DNA of 64,000 bases. It comes from an uncultured Acidobacteriota bacterium. GTDB taxonomy: Bacteria; Acidobacteriota; Terriglobia; Versatilivoradales; Versatilivoraceae. The position numbers and the translations under genes are program-made. The notes below the pieces were generated by a model, which searched no databases, was not told the DNA's origin, and saw only the letters and a program-made list of their open reading frames with translations. Positions 20,853 to 29,647 of this stretch are shown here, one piece after another; the first letter of the stretch is position 1; each line of letters starts with the position of its first letter. The DNA lies in assembly GCA_963803155.1 (NCBI GenBank), contig CAWDMN010000059.1, positions 390,570-454,569 of the forward strand. The letters are read 5' to 3'.

Positions 20853-21835
20853 ATTTTCACCGTAGGATTGCTTAGTTTTTTTCCCCTATCTCCCAGAGAG
20901 ATTTGGCGCGAATGTTATTAAGATGTGCAAAATAGTCTGGAGGAACAAAATGAATAATTAGGGAATAGCGCAGCAATTATGAATGCTCATTTCACGCGTC
21001 TCCACCAAGCCAAATTCTCTATTTGATGTATCGTAATTTAGAGTTCCGAACTTGAGTGCTAATCAATTGTCTGCACCTATCATGAGAAAGTGGGAAGCCT
21101 GCTCGCCGCGGGTTCACTTTCACACTACAGCCAAATCCCTGCGCTCCATCAGGCAATTGCTCAGTTATCGGGGTAATAGCTCTTTCCGCTTTTTTCCAGT
21201 GGTTGAGCCTCATTGGGATCTGCCTTGGTTGCCATTAGAAGTCACCTCACTTTCAACATAGATATCATCCCACAGAAGGAACAACCGCATCGTCGTTTTT
21301 ATGCGACCGCTCCTCTTCCCGCCGATATCCCCCAGCAGAAGTACGACGCCAGAGCCAAGGTCCTCATCACAGCCCTGAAGCATGGGTGCGGAATCCCTTT
21401 TTCCGGTTGTCTCAACTGCAAGTCCACCTGGGAGTTCCTCTCCCCCCTTCCACCCCGTGGCAGCTTTCTGAAGAAGTGGCTAAAGACACTTTCCCCGTTT
21501 AGAAGACCCTTCGATGGATGGCTTCTCAGGTGGACGTCTTCTATGCTGACGACAGCCCGATCCGGGATGCTTTGTTGAGCTCATACTCATTGACACGAGA
21601 GGCGGCCAGTTTTCAAAGCCGGTCTGGAATGGGACTTCGCCTGGGACGCTGAGCACGTCAAGCTTCAAAACGCTTTTTATCTTTGATGAATTCCTTAGTG
21701 GGAATGGAAGGCATCAGGGTTTCTCCTGGAAAAATCCTGGTTTGCGAGGAGTCTAACCCACTGGTCCTGCAATAAGCACGCACCGTTGCTGCAAGGTTAC
21801 CTTCCGTAAGATGAGAGGATTTCAGACTGCCGGGA

Positions 21836-24196
21836 TCACTGCTTGGCGGCAATTTCAACGATGGCGCGGGCTAATTCGGGGATGGAAAAAGGTTTGGCCA
21901 GCCAGGGCACGCCCGTCCGCTCAAGGAAAAGACGGATTTCCGGCTTGATCAACTCGGCCGTCAAGAACAACAGTTTGGAAAGGACTTGTGGGAATTCATT
22001 TTTAAGTCGCAGGAATAGTTGCTCCGGATTTAAATCAGGCAGACTAATTTCGATAATAACCACATCATAGGGTTCATTCTTGAGCTTCTCCAAACCCGCA
22101 AGGCCATTGGAAGCCTGATCCACCGAGTGCCCTTCGTACACGAGGATCTGCCCAATCAAATTCAAAATGATGGGATCGCCATCTACCACCAACACCTTGC
22201 GAGCCTTCAATTCACTCATGAAGCTGGTCCCTAGCGGAACCAAGTCTGGAGTCAAGTCCGGACAGAGTGGAAAGCGCAAACTGAATTCCGTCCAGCGGCT
22301 TTCTTCACTCTGAACAGTGATCTCTCCCCGATGCCCGACGACAATGCCGAACGAAATGGATAGTCCTAAACCGGTCCCCTTTCCCACCGGCTTGGTGGTG
22401 AAAAAAGGATCGAATACCTTGGTCAGATTTTTTTTCGGAATGCCCCTCCCGTTGTCGCGCAAATGGAGGTAGAGCCATTCGGCATCCTGTCGCAATGTTA
22501 TTTTTATTTCCGAGTCTCGTCCGCTGTCTTCCATGGCATGCAAGGCATTCCCAAAAAGATTGACCAGCACTTGCTGCAACTGGCCAGGATCGGCCCAAAT
22601 TTCGTAAAATCCCTCATCGTAAAATTTCTCGACCTTGACTGAGGCATGTTTGAATTCATATGCAAATAGATTCAGGGTGTCCTCAATCAATTGGGGCAAC
22701 GAGGTAAGGACTTTGGCCGAGGGCTGCTGGCGGGCAAAAGTCAAGAGACTCTGCACAATCTTGCCGGCGCGGGCCCCCTCATTGGCAATTAGCTCCAGGG
22801 ATTGGCGGAGCGAATCATCCAAATCCTCACGCCCCTGCAACAGTTGACTATAGCCGATGACCCCAGTGAGAGGATTATTCAATTCGTGCGCCACTCCAGC
22901 CACCAGTTCACCCAAAGCCGAAAGGGTCTCCCGTTGGATCAATTGCTCCCGCAACTTTTTTTCCTGGGTGATATTTTTCGCCGTTTGAATCATCCCGGCA
23001 AAATGACCGTTGGCATCTTGAATCGGCACACACCGGGCCAGAAAAGTCTCTCCACTCTCGGCATCCGTGATTTCGCGGGAAAAGGGCAGACTCTCCGCCA
23101 TATTCTGGACGGAAAAGAAATCCAGGCGCAAAGAATGTCGTTGAAAGATTTCACTCGCTTTTTTCCCCATGATGGCTTCATAGGGCAGCCCCATCCGAGC
23201 TTGCAAAGAATAATTAATGCGGCGGATGTTTCCATCCACGTCATAAATCGTGATCAAATCCTCCAAAGCATCCAGACTCTTTTCCCATTCCGCTTTGCCA
23301 CGGCTGATAATCTCGAACAGGCGCATCATACGCAACATCGGAGCGATATTGCCGGAAATGGCCTGAAGGTGAGCTAGCTGTCCCCGTTCAAAACATTCTT
23401 GATTGTTAGATCCCGCAACCAGCACTCCTCTAAATTCTTTACAATCCAACGGTATGCCGGCCCAACAGGAGAGATCCTTTTCCTCGGAAAGCCAGGGCCA
23501 TTCATTCCTGGGTTCACGATAAACCACCGGCCCGGCCTGAAAAATCCGATCAATCCAGCCGTCTTTATTATCCAATGCGTCTTCCCTATCCGGCAGAGCC
23601 CTTGAAAATCCATGAGCGGAGCGCAAGCTCCAATTGCCGCGCTGGCAGATAAATAACGCAGCAGCCCGCAAGCCGAGCAATTCGCTGACATGTTTTAACA
23701 ATTTGGCGGGCGCATCTTCAAACCCCTGACCCGGCATTAGGTCGAGCAAGATGTCAAATTTGGCTTGGAGCAGACGGTTTTCTTCACGGAGATGTTCATT
23801 TTCGGCACTGACTAGATCGCGCATTTCTGACTGCCGCATCAGGCGCAGGATGGACAAAGAGAGAGTCTGAAGGTGTTCCCGGAAAATAAAATCGCACATG
23901 CCACGGCGAAGGCATTCATTCGCCAAGAGCCGTTGACTCGATTCTCCCAAAACAACAAAAGGGATTCTTTTCCCGGATTTTTGAAGCTGATCGTAAACCT
24001 CCAGGCAGGAGAAAGGAGGCTTGTGACAACTGGAGATAATCACCCCATAGGAGTTCCGGGCAATCAGATCCCGAAAGGAATCGAAATCCATAGCCAAGTC
24101 CCATTCGACAAGAAAGGACTCTTCCAGGAGAGGTATCCCCATTTCAGCATCTTGCCGATCGGCGGCAACCCACAGGAGTTTGAGTGTTGGTTTCAT
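21836..24196 (-). CDS. hybrid sensor histidine kinase (receiver-like N-terminus, GAF, PAS, HisKA/HATPase, receiver)
   Basis: H-box VAHELNNPLTGVIGYSQLL; G-box GTGLGLSISFGIVVGH; C-terminal receiver KVLVVDGDPIILNL. Confidence 0.9.
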   Translation of the reverse strand: MKPTLKLLWVAADRQDAEMGIPLLEESFLVEWDLAMDFDSFRDLIARNSYGVIISSCHKPPFSCLEVYDQLQKSGKRIPFVVLGESSQRLLANECLRRGMCDFIFREHLQTLSLSILRLMRQSEMRDLVSAENEHLREENRLLQAKFDILLDLMPGQGFEDAPAKLLKHVSELLGLRAAALFICQRGNWSLRSAHGFSRALPDREDALDNKDGWIDRIFQAGPVVYREPRNEWPWLSEEKDLSCWAGIPLDCKEFRGVLVAGSNNQECFERGQLAHLQAISGNIAPMLRMMRLFEIISRGKAEWEKSLDALEDLITIYDVDGNIRRINYSLQARMGLPYEAIMGKKASEIFQRHSLRLDFFSVQNMAESLPFSREITDAESGETFLARCVPIQDANGHFAGMIQTAKNITQEKKLREQLIQRETLSALGELVAGVAHELNNPLTGVIGYSQLLQGREDLDDSLRQSLELIANEGARAGKIVQSLLTFARQQPSAKVLTSLPQLIEDTLNLFAYEFKHASVKVEKFYDEGFYEIWADPGQLQQVLVNLFGNALHAMEDSGRDSEIKITLRQDAEWLYLHLRDNGRGIPKKNLTKVFDPFFTTKPVGKGTGLGLSISFGIVVGHRGEITVQSEESRWTEFSLRFPLCPDLTPDLVPLGTSFMSELKARKVLVVDGDPIILNLIGQILVYEGHSVDQASNGLAGLEKLKNEPYDVVIIEISLPDLNPEQLFLRLKNEFPQVLSKLLFLTAELIKPEIRLFLERTGVPWLAKPFSIPELARAIVEIAAKQ

Positions 24197-24361
24197 GGAT
24201 GGACGGTCACGGAATCCCCTTCGAAGTTGAAACGATATTTAGATGATTGGCTTATCCCTGTCAATCTAAAACTGCATGGTCCGAAACAACGATCCCCGAA
24301 GAACAGGCAAGACTCCGCACACTAAAACAATCGGCGGGAATAAACAAAACATGAGCCCAAC

Positions 24362-24396
24362 AAAAAAAAACCCGCCGGAGATTTCTTCCCAGCGGG
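24362..24396 (-). terminator. probable rho-independent terminator after atpE
   Basis: On the minus strand, CCCGCTGG-GAAGAAATCT-CCGGCGGG (one mismatch) is followed by a run of nine T. Confidence 0.6.
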
Positions 24397-24485
24397 CGTT
24401 GGAGAATCATCCGAAGCAACCCGTCCCACCGCAATCTCCACGGTGAAACAAAGCTGTTCGGGCGCGGAATTCATTTGACTGTAAA

Positions 24486-24794
24486 TCAGCCAACCTTGAC
24501 GAAAATGATCAGCAAGGTGTAAAGAGCCAGAGATTCGATCAACACCAACCCAAGCAAAAGAGCGAACCGGATCGCGGGAGCAGCGCCGGGATTGCGCGCC
24601 AGACCCTCGCAAGCCGCGGCAATGGCTTTACCCTGCCCTAACGCGCAAAATGAAGATGCAATAGCCATGGCAAAACCGGCGGTGATGACCACCCATTGCT
24701 TGCCGCTGGCGCCTTCCGGTCCTTGGGCAAATACAGGAGCGGCCACCAACAGGGTCATCAAAGTCACAAACAAAAACGCGGAAAATCTTTTCAT
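24486..24794 (-). CDS. atpE: F0 ATP synthase subunit c with an N-terminal signal-like extension
   Basis: C-subunit hairpin with the loop ARNPGA and the ion-binding helix LLLGLVLIESLALYTLLIIF. The first ~25 residues (MKRFSAFLFVTLMTLLVAAPVFAQG) look like a signal peptide. Confidence 0.9.
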   Translation of the reverse strand: MKRFSAFLFVTLMTLLVAAPVFAQGPEGASGKQWVVITAGFAMAIASSFCALGQGKAIAAACEGLARNPGAAPAIRFALLLGLVLIESLALYTLLIIFVKVG

Positions 24795-24918
24795 GATTTT
24801 CCCTCCTTTAAATTATCAACGATGGTTCGATTTCAAAGCATCGTTGTTATGATATGCCGTCTGGAGGTGGTTCCCGAGACCCCACATGCGTTCGGGCTCA
24901 CACAGGCAGCTAAAAAAG

Positions 24919-25020
24919 CAGTGATCAGTGGTCAGTGGGGGGTGGCCAGATATTGATAGTTGGTGATTCGCGATCAATATTTATCAGTATCTGACCACTG
25001 ACCCCTAATCACTGACCACT
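24919..25020. repeat. heptamer-armed hairpin element H1 (atpB-atpE spacer)
   Basis: Left arm: CAGTGAT CAGTGGT CAGTGGG GGGTGGC CAGATAT TGATA. The right arm (24982-25020) is its imperfect reverse complement (...CTGACCA CTGACCC CTAATCA CTGACCA CT). The element ends 4 nt from the atpB stop codon. Confidence 0.75.
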
Positions 25021-25024
25021 CATT

Positions 25025-25786
25025 CTAGTGTTCTTCGCCGACAGCTTGCTGAATATAAATCATGGTCAGCACCATGAAAATGAAGGCTTGCAATAAGCTG
25101 GTGAAAATGGCCAAGGCCATAATCGGCAATGGTAGAATAATCGGCAACAAACTAAAGAAGACCACAATGATCAGGTCTTCCCCAAAAATATTGGCAAAAA
25201 GACGGACAGAGAGAGAAAAGGGACGGGCCAGATGGCTGATGATTTCAATCGGCAACATAAGCGGTGAAAGCCACCAAACGGGACCGCAAAAATGCTTGAA
25301 ATATTTGATCAGCCCATTTTTTTTCAGACCCACATAATTGTAATAGAGGAACACGGTGATAGCGCAACCGGCGGTCACGTTGATATTGCTCGTGGGGGAA
25401 AGGAATCCGGGAATCAAGCCGACCAGGTTCATCAACAGAATGAATATCCCGAGCGTAGCCACCAGCGGAAGAAATTTCTTTCCACCATGCCCGATGATTT
25501 CTTCCATTTGAGCATTCAAAAATTCAATGCTCAATTCCAAGATTTGCTGGATTTTCCCCGGTTTCTCCATGGAAAAGGAGCGGCGCAAAATTGGAAATAC
25601 GATGACACAAAACAAAAAAATCATGACGGCAAACACCACTTGATCCGGGATGATCTTTTCGGCGGGGACATATGTCCTCCCGAAATAGCCGTAAATGGCG
25701 CTTAAAAAGGCATGTTTGAGGGGAGCCACCATGGGGCCAAAAATCTTGTTCACCTGTTCGGAAATCCAAAAACTATGCTCTTCCAC
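25025..25786 (-). CDS. atpB: F0 ATP synthase subunit a
   Basis: A polytopic protein with the conserved Arg helix LSVRLFANIFGEDLI and a C-terminal helix pair. Confidence 0.9.
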   Translation of the reverse strand: MEEHSFWISEQVNKIFGPMVAPLKHAFLSAIYGYFGRTYVPAEKIIPDQVVFAVMIFLFCVIVFPILRRSFSMEKPGKIQQILELSIEFLNAQMEEIIGHGGKKFLPLVATLGIFILLMNLVGLIPGFLSPTSNINVTAGCAITVFLYYNYVGLKKNGLIKYFKHFCGPVWWLSPLMLPIEIISHLARPFSLSVRLFANIFGEDLIIVVFFSLLPIILPLPIMALAIFTSLLQAFIFMVLTMIYIQQAVGEEH

Positions 25787-26255
25787 GCTTCCAATCCTCG
25801 ATGAGAAATTTGATCACTTGATGTAGACATTCATACAGCACGGCCATGACTACCAGAAAAAGACCAAGGAGGGCCGCCCGCACCTCGAAAAACTGATAAC
25901 GGAATATAGCATAGAGGGCACCTCCGATCAAGACGTATCTAATGAAGTACTTAAAGATAATTCCCTTGCCGGAGCGCGGCGGAGCAACGGCTTCTGCCTG
26001 AAAACCTTGGATCATCCGGTCCACCCCCTGCTTCATCCAGGAAAAATTTAAAAGCGAAAGGAAGGCCCCGACGAGAAAACTCAGGGCGAATCTTCCAGAG
26101 ATCCAAAAAAAAGATCCCAAAACAATCATTCCCCCCAAGAGCAAACTGATTCCCAGAATCCGTTTCTCGACGTTTAGATAATACGGATCTTCAAGAAGCT
26201 GGGACCCAGATTCCGCGATGACGCTCTTAATTGAATCAGGAAGAATTTCTTTCAA
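25773..26255 (-). CDS. atpI: AtpI-like membrane protein (ATP synthase protein I family)
   Basis: A 160-aa protein with four helices, immediately upstream of atpB and overlapping it by 14 nt. The call rests on position and topology. Confidence 0.55.
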   Translation of the reverse strand: MKEILPDSIKSVIAESGSQLLEDPYYLNVEKRILGISLLLGGMIVLGSFFWISGRFALSFLVGAFLSLLNFSWMKQGVDRMIQGFQAEAVAPPRSGKGIIFKYFIRYVLIGGALYAIFRYQFFEVRAALLGLFLVVMAVLYECLHQVIKFLIEDWKRGRA

Positions 26256-26274
26256 GACACCTCATAGAAAGTAA

Positions 26275-26428
26275 ATAGTGGCCAGTGGTCTGTGGTCAGG
26301 GGTCAGATGTCGGCTGAATAGTTGTCATCTCGGGGAAATTGCACCTGACAATGACACCCCCCCTGAAGATATCCGCCGTCTGCCGTCTGCCGTCTGCTGA
26401 CCACTGACCACTGACCACTGACCACTAT
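26275..26428. repeat. heptamer-armed hairpin element H2 (atpZ-atpI spacer)
   Basis: Left arm: ATAGTGGCCAGTGGTCTGTGGTCAGGGGTCAGATGTCGGC. Reverse complement of the right arm: ATAGTGGTCAGTGGTCAGTGGTCAGTGGTCAGCAGACGGC, plus two more AGACGGC units. About 34 of 40 positions pair. The arms are tandem 7-mers (ACCACTG x4, GCCGTCT x3). Confidence 0.8.
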
Positions 26429-26435
26429 TAACTTG

Positions 26436-26654
26436 TCACTCGTCCCCGTTTTTCTCGAACTTTCCCACCTGGCGGAATAGGTTGATGAATCCAGCGGCGA
26501 TGCCGAAAAGAAGGAAAATAATCTTAAAGGCAGATTTTGTTCCTACCCAATTGTCGAGCAAATAACCCATCCCATAACCAATGGCGATGCATGTCGGAAA
26601 CATGATCCCTACCGATAGCAAATCCCCCAAATTTTGATATTTCGGTCCACTCAT
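26436..26654 (-). CDS. atpZ: AtpZ/AtpI-family small membrane protein (putative F0F1-ATPase subunit)
   Basis: A 72-aa protein with two helices. The pattern IAIGYGMGYLLDNWVGTKSAFKIIFLLFGIAAGF matches my memory of the ATPase_gene1 family. Confidence 0.65.
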   Translation of the reverse strand: MSGPKYQNLGDLLSVGIMFPTCIAIGYGMGYLLDNWVGTKSAFKIIFLLFGIAAGFINLFRQVGKFEKNGDE

Positions 26655-26837
26655 TTTTTCAAGATGATCTTCCGGGTGAGAATGTACTATGATGTTTTCA
26701 TAAACCAGAGTGACGTTCCGCGAATTTTAATTCGCTACTCTCCACCATCGAAATGGTCTGGCGTTTCTGATGCAGCCGGATTGTGAGTTCAGCCCTACAG
26801 GTATCGACACCCCAATGATCATATATGGGAGGGAAAA

Positions 26838-27425
26838 ATGGAAGGAAAACTTGTGCCAGGATGGCTCCTGATGTTAGCCATATTACTTACCGGTTGTTCT
26901 CAGCCCGCGCGGGAATCCTCCTCCAACACGGCCACCGCTCAAGGGAAGCCTGCGGCCACGCCGGCCCCATTGAAAATCTTCGATGTCAGGGATCTGGACC
27001 TTACACAAATTCCCGGATTGACCAGTCTGAACATCGCCGTGGAAGGAGTCCGATTGGGAACCCCAACCCCTGAGGTGAACAGGCTCCTTGGAAAACCCAT
27101 CAAAACAGCCAAGACTCCCCAAGCTTACCGGTGTGCCTACCGTGGACATGGCCTCTATCTGGATGTGGATAAATATGCCGGCAAGGTCTCCAGAATTTAT
27201 CTGAACACACTTTACGCTAAACAGTTGAAAGGTGGTTTCGCCGAACTGCTCACGAGAGGGGATCTCAATCAGCTGAAAAGAACATTTGGGGACAATCCCG
27301 AGCTATCGACACCGGATCCTCAAACCACCAAGTGGAGTTATTCGCAAAAGGGGATCGCATTCCTGGTAATGAAACAGGAAGAGGAAACGACATATACACT
27401 GGAACTCTCCGAACCGAAAAGGTAG
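26838..27425 (+). CDS. hypothetical lipoprotein
   Basis: Lipobox LAILLTGC at the N-terminus. The RBS GGGAGGG lies upstream of the ATG at 26838. Confidence 0.6.
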   Translation: MEGKLVPGWLLMLAILLTGCSQPARESSSNTATAQGKPAATPAPLKIFDVRDLDLTQIPGLTSLNIAVEGVRLGTPTPEVNRLLGKPIKTAKTPQAYRCAYRGHGLYLDVDKYAGKVSRIYLNTLYAKQLKGGFAELLTRGDLNQLKRTFGDNPELSTPDPQTTKWSYSQKGIAFLVMKQEEETTYTLELSEPKR

Positions 27426-27537
27426 CAAGAGGGGCGGCCAGTTCCGCCCTGCTTATAATTGCTAACTGAGTCCATCTATAAAGTGGTTTGCCGACGAATA
27501 ATCCGAAGGCCGATGAATGAGGCCAATCCTTGTAGGG

Positions 27538-27568
27538 AGATCCGCCGGCGGGCGGATCTTCGATTTTG
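27538..27568 (+). terminator. rho-independent-type terminator hairpin
   Basis: AGATCCGCC-GGCG-GGCGGATCT followed by TCGATTTTG. A weaker hairpin (GGGGCGG..CCGCCCT, near 27430-27455) lies directly after the lipoprotein stop codon. Confidence 0.55.
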
Positions 27569-27889
27569 TCAACCGGCAGCGCTGATTCCCCAGCGTTTCG
27601 CAGAAACGCCCTACAGCGAAAATCATTCTTCGCGAATCAAAAACATGACTTTTTATTTGGACTCTAACTAAGGCAGGAGTCAAATCAGAAGGCAATCTAA
27701 GAATCTGTAAATACATTGCCTGTCGATCTGGTCATTGGCAGGAATCGGGAATAAACAGTCGGATCAAGAAAACCCAAGCGCACAGCCCTCGCTCCGCGTC
27801 AGTGCCAAGTGAGGGGGAAAGCTGGGCCAAGCTCCCCACGTTTCAGCAATCTGGCAAATCTGGCCCCTCAGCCGGTCCTGGTCTTCCCG

Positions 27890-29506
27890 CTAATTTACAC
27901 TTCGATTCCGCTCCACCAATCGGGCGTGCGGCTGAGGTTCAGTGGAGGAGGGAGCTTCCAACTTCCGGCCAGGCCGTTGGAAAAATCCCGGCTGAACCCG
28001 TTGAACAATCTGATTGACCGGCTTCTCGATGAGTTTAAAGAACGGTTTGGGGTAAATCCCAATCCAAAAGGCCATTATGACCAGAGGGAATAAAGTGGCA
28101 AATTCCCGGAGGTTGAGATCCTTCAAATGTTGATTCTTGGGATTGGTCACCGGGCCAAACATCAGACGCTGATATAGCCAGAGCATGTAAGCCGCCCCCA
28201 GCACGATCCCCAAGCTTCCCCATGCCCCCCAAACCCAGGTCCGCTGAAAGGCGCCAGCCAGAATCGCGAATTCCCCAATAAATCCATTGAGCAACGGCAG
28301 CCCTATGGACGACATGGTGATGATCATAAAGATCGTGGCAAAAGTGGGCATCACATGGGACAATCCGCCGTATTCGGCAATTTCCCGGGTATGCCTTCGC
28401 TCATAAATAATGCCAACAATCAAGAAGAGCGCGCCGGTTGAGATCCCATGGTTGATCTGCTGGATGATACTGCCGTTGATTCCGTTGGGATTGAGGGCAA
28501 AAAGTCCCAACATACAAAAACCGAGATGGCTAACCGAAGAATAGGCTACGAGTTTTTTAGCGTCCTTCTGCATCATGGCCACCAGGGCGCCATAAACAAT
28601 TCCGATGATGGAAAGTGTGATCATCATATCCAGCAGGCCAAATCTCCAGCCAAACAAGCTCATGGAGGAAGTATCTTTAACGGCGTCGGGAAAAAGCGGC
28701 AGGCTGAAACGGACAAAACCGTAAGTCCCCATTTTCAGCAAGACCCCAGCCAGAATGACGGACCCAGCGGTCGGGGCCTCCACGTGTGCGTCAGGCAGCC
28801 ACGTGTGGAACGGGAACATGGGAACTTTGATGGCAAAACCGACAAAGAAAACCAGGAAGAGCCAAAACTGGTATTCCCAGGGGAGGTTCAATTTCAGGAG
28901 TTCCGGGACGCTGAAAGTCAACTGGCCGGTGACCTTATAGTTGTAGAAGTAAAGAGCCAGGATTCCCAGAAGCATTAAGACAGAACCGAGCAAAGTGTAA
29001 AGGAAAAATTTGATGGCGGCATAGAGTCTGCGCGGCCCGCCCCAAACCCCAATCAGGAAGTACATCGGCACGAGCATCACTTCCCAGAAAACATAAAACA
29101 AAAAGAAATCCAGCGCCATGAAAACACCCAGCATCCCCGTCTGCAGGAGGAGAATAAATATGTAATACTCTTTCACCCGCTCCTGGATGGCTGCCCAAGA
29201 GGAAAGCACGGATAAAAATCCCAAACCGGTGGTCAGCAAGATGAGCAACAGGCTGATCCCATCAATGCCGAAGTGATATTCAACGCCGATGGATGGAATC
29301 CAGGCCGTCCGCTCTACAAACTGAAACCCTTCCGCTTCCGTATTAAAATGGACTAGCAAGAGCAACGACACCAGAAATCCAACGCCCGCCACGATGTTGG
29401 CAAACCAGCGAATGAAGTTTTCCTGCTTTTTGTCCACAAACAGCAGCAGGAGGGCTCCCACCAGCGGCGTATAAGCAACAACAGACAGCAGATGGCTTTC
29501 AAACAT
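27890..29506 (-). CDS. nuoM: NADH-quinone oxidoreductase subunit M (antiporter-like)
   Basis: A 538-aa protein with about 14 TM helices. Segments such as WLPDAHVEAPTAGSVILAGVLLKMGTYG are typical of NuoM/ND4. Confidence 0.9.
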   Translation of the reverse strand: MFESHLLSVVAYTPLVGALLLLFVDKKQENFIRWFANIVAGVGFLVSLLLLVHFNTEAEGFQFVERTAWIPSIGVEYHFGIDGISLLLILLTTGLGFLSVLSSWAAIQERVKEYYIFILLLQTGMLGVFMALDFFLFYVFWEVMLVPMYFLIGVWGGPRRLYAAIKFFLYTLLGSVLMLLGILALYFYNYKVTGQLTFSVPELLKLNLPWEYQFWLFLVFFVGFAIKVPMFPFHTWLPDAHVEAPTAGSVILAGVLLKMGTYGFVRFSLPLFPDAVKDTSSMSLFGWRFGLLDMMITLSIIGIVYGALVAMMQKDAKKLVAYSSVSHLGFCMLGLFALNPNGINGSIIQQINHGISTGALFLIVGIIYERRHTREIAEYGGLSHVMPTFATIFMIITMSSIGLPLLNGFIGEFAILAGAFQRTWVWGAWGSLGIVLGAAYMLWLYQRLMFGPVTNPKNQHLKDLNLREFATLFPLVIMAFWIGIYPKPFFKLIEKPVNQIVQRVQPGFFQRPGRKLEAPSSTEPQPHARLVERNRSVN

Positions 29507-29647
29507 GGATCTTGACTCCTGAACTTGATTCGGCAGCGATATTTTCCGGACCTGGCAGCCAGGAAGCTTTAGACTTTCCAGTGCGCGACCGGTTTTGATT
29601 GCTCCAATCGCCAGTTCCGTCCAATAGAGGCGAAATTGAGCTACTAT

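Noticed and set aside
26375-26428. Tandem short repeats considered as a possible CRISPR array (also 56190-56260 and 61293-61362).
   Set aside because: The units are 7 nt with no spacers, and no cas genes are nearby. These are microsatellite-like arrays, not CRISPR.
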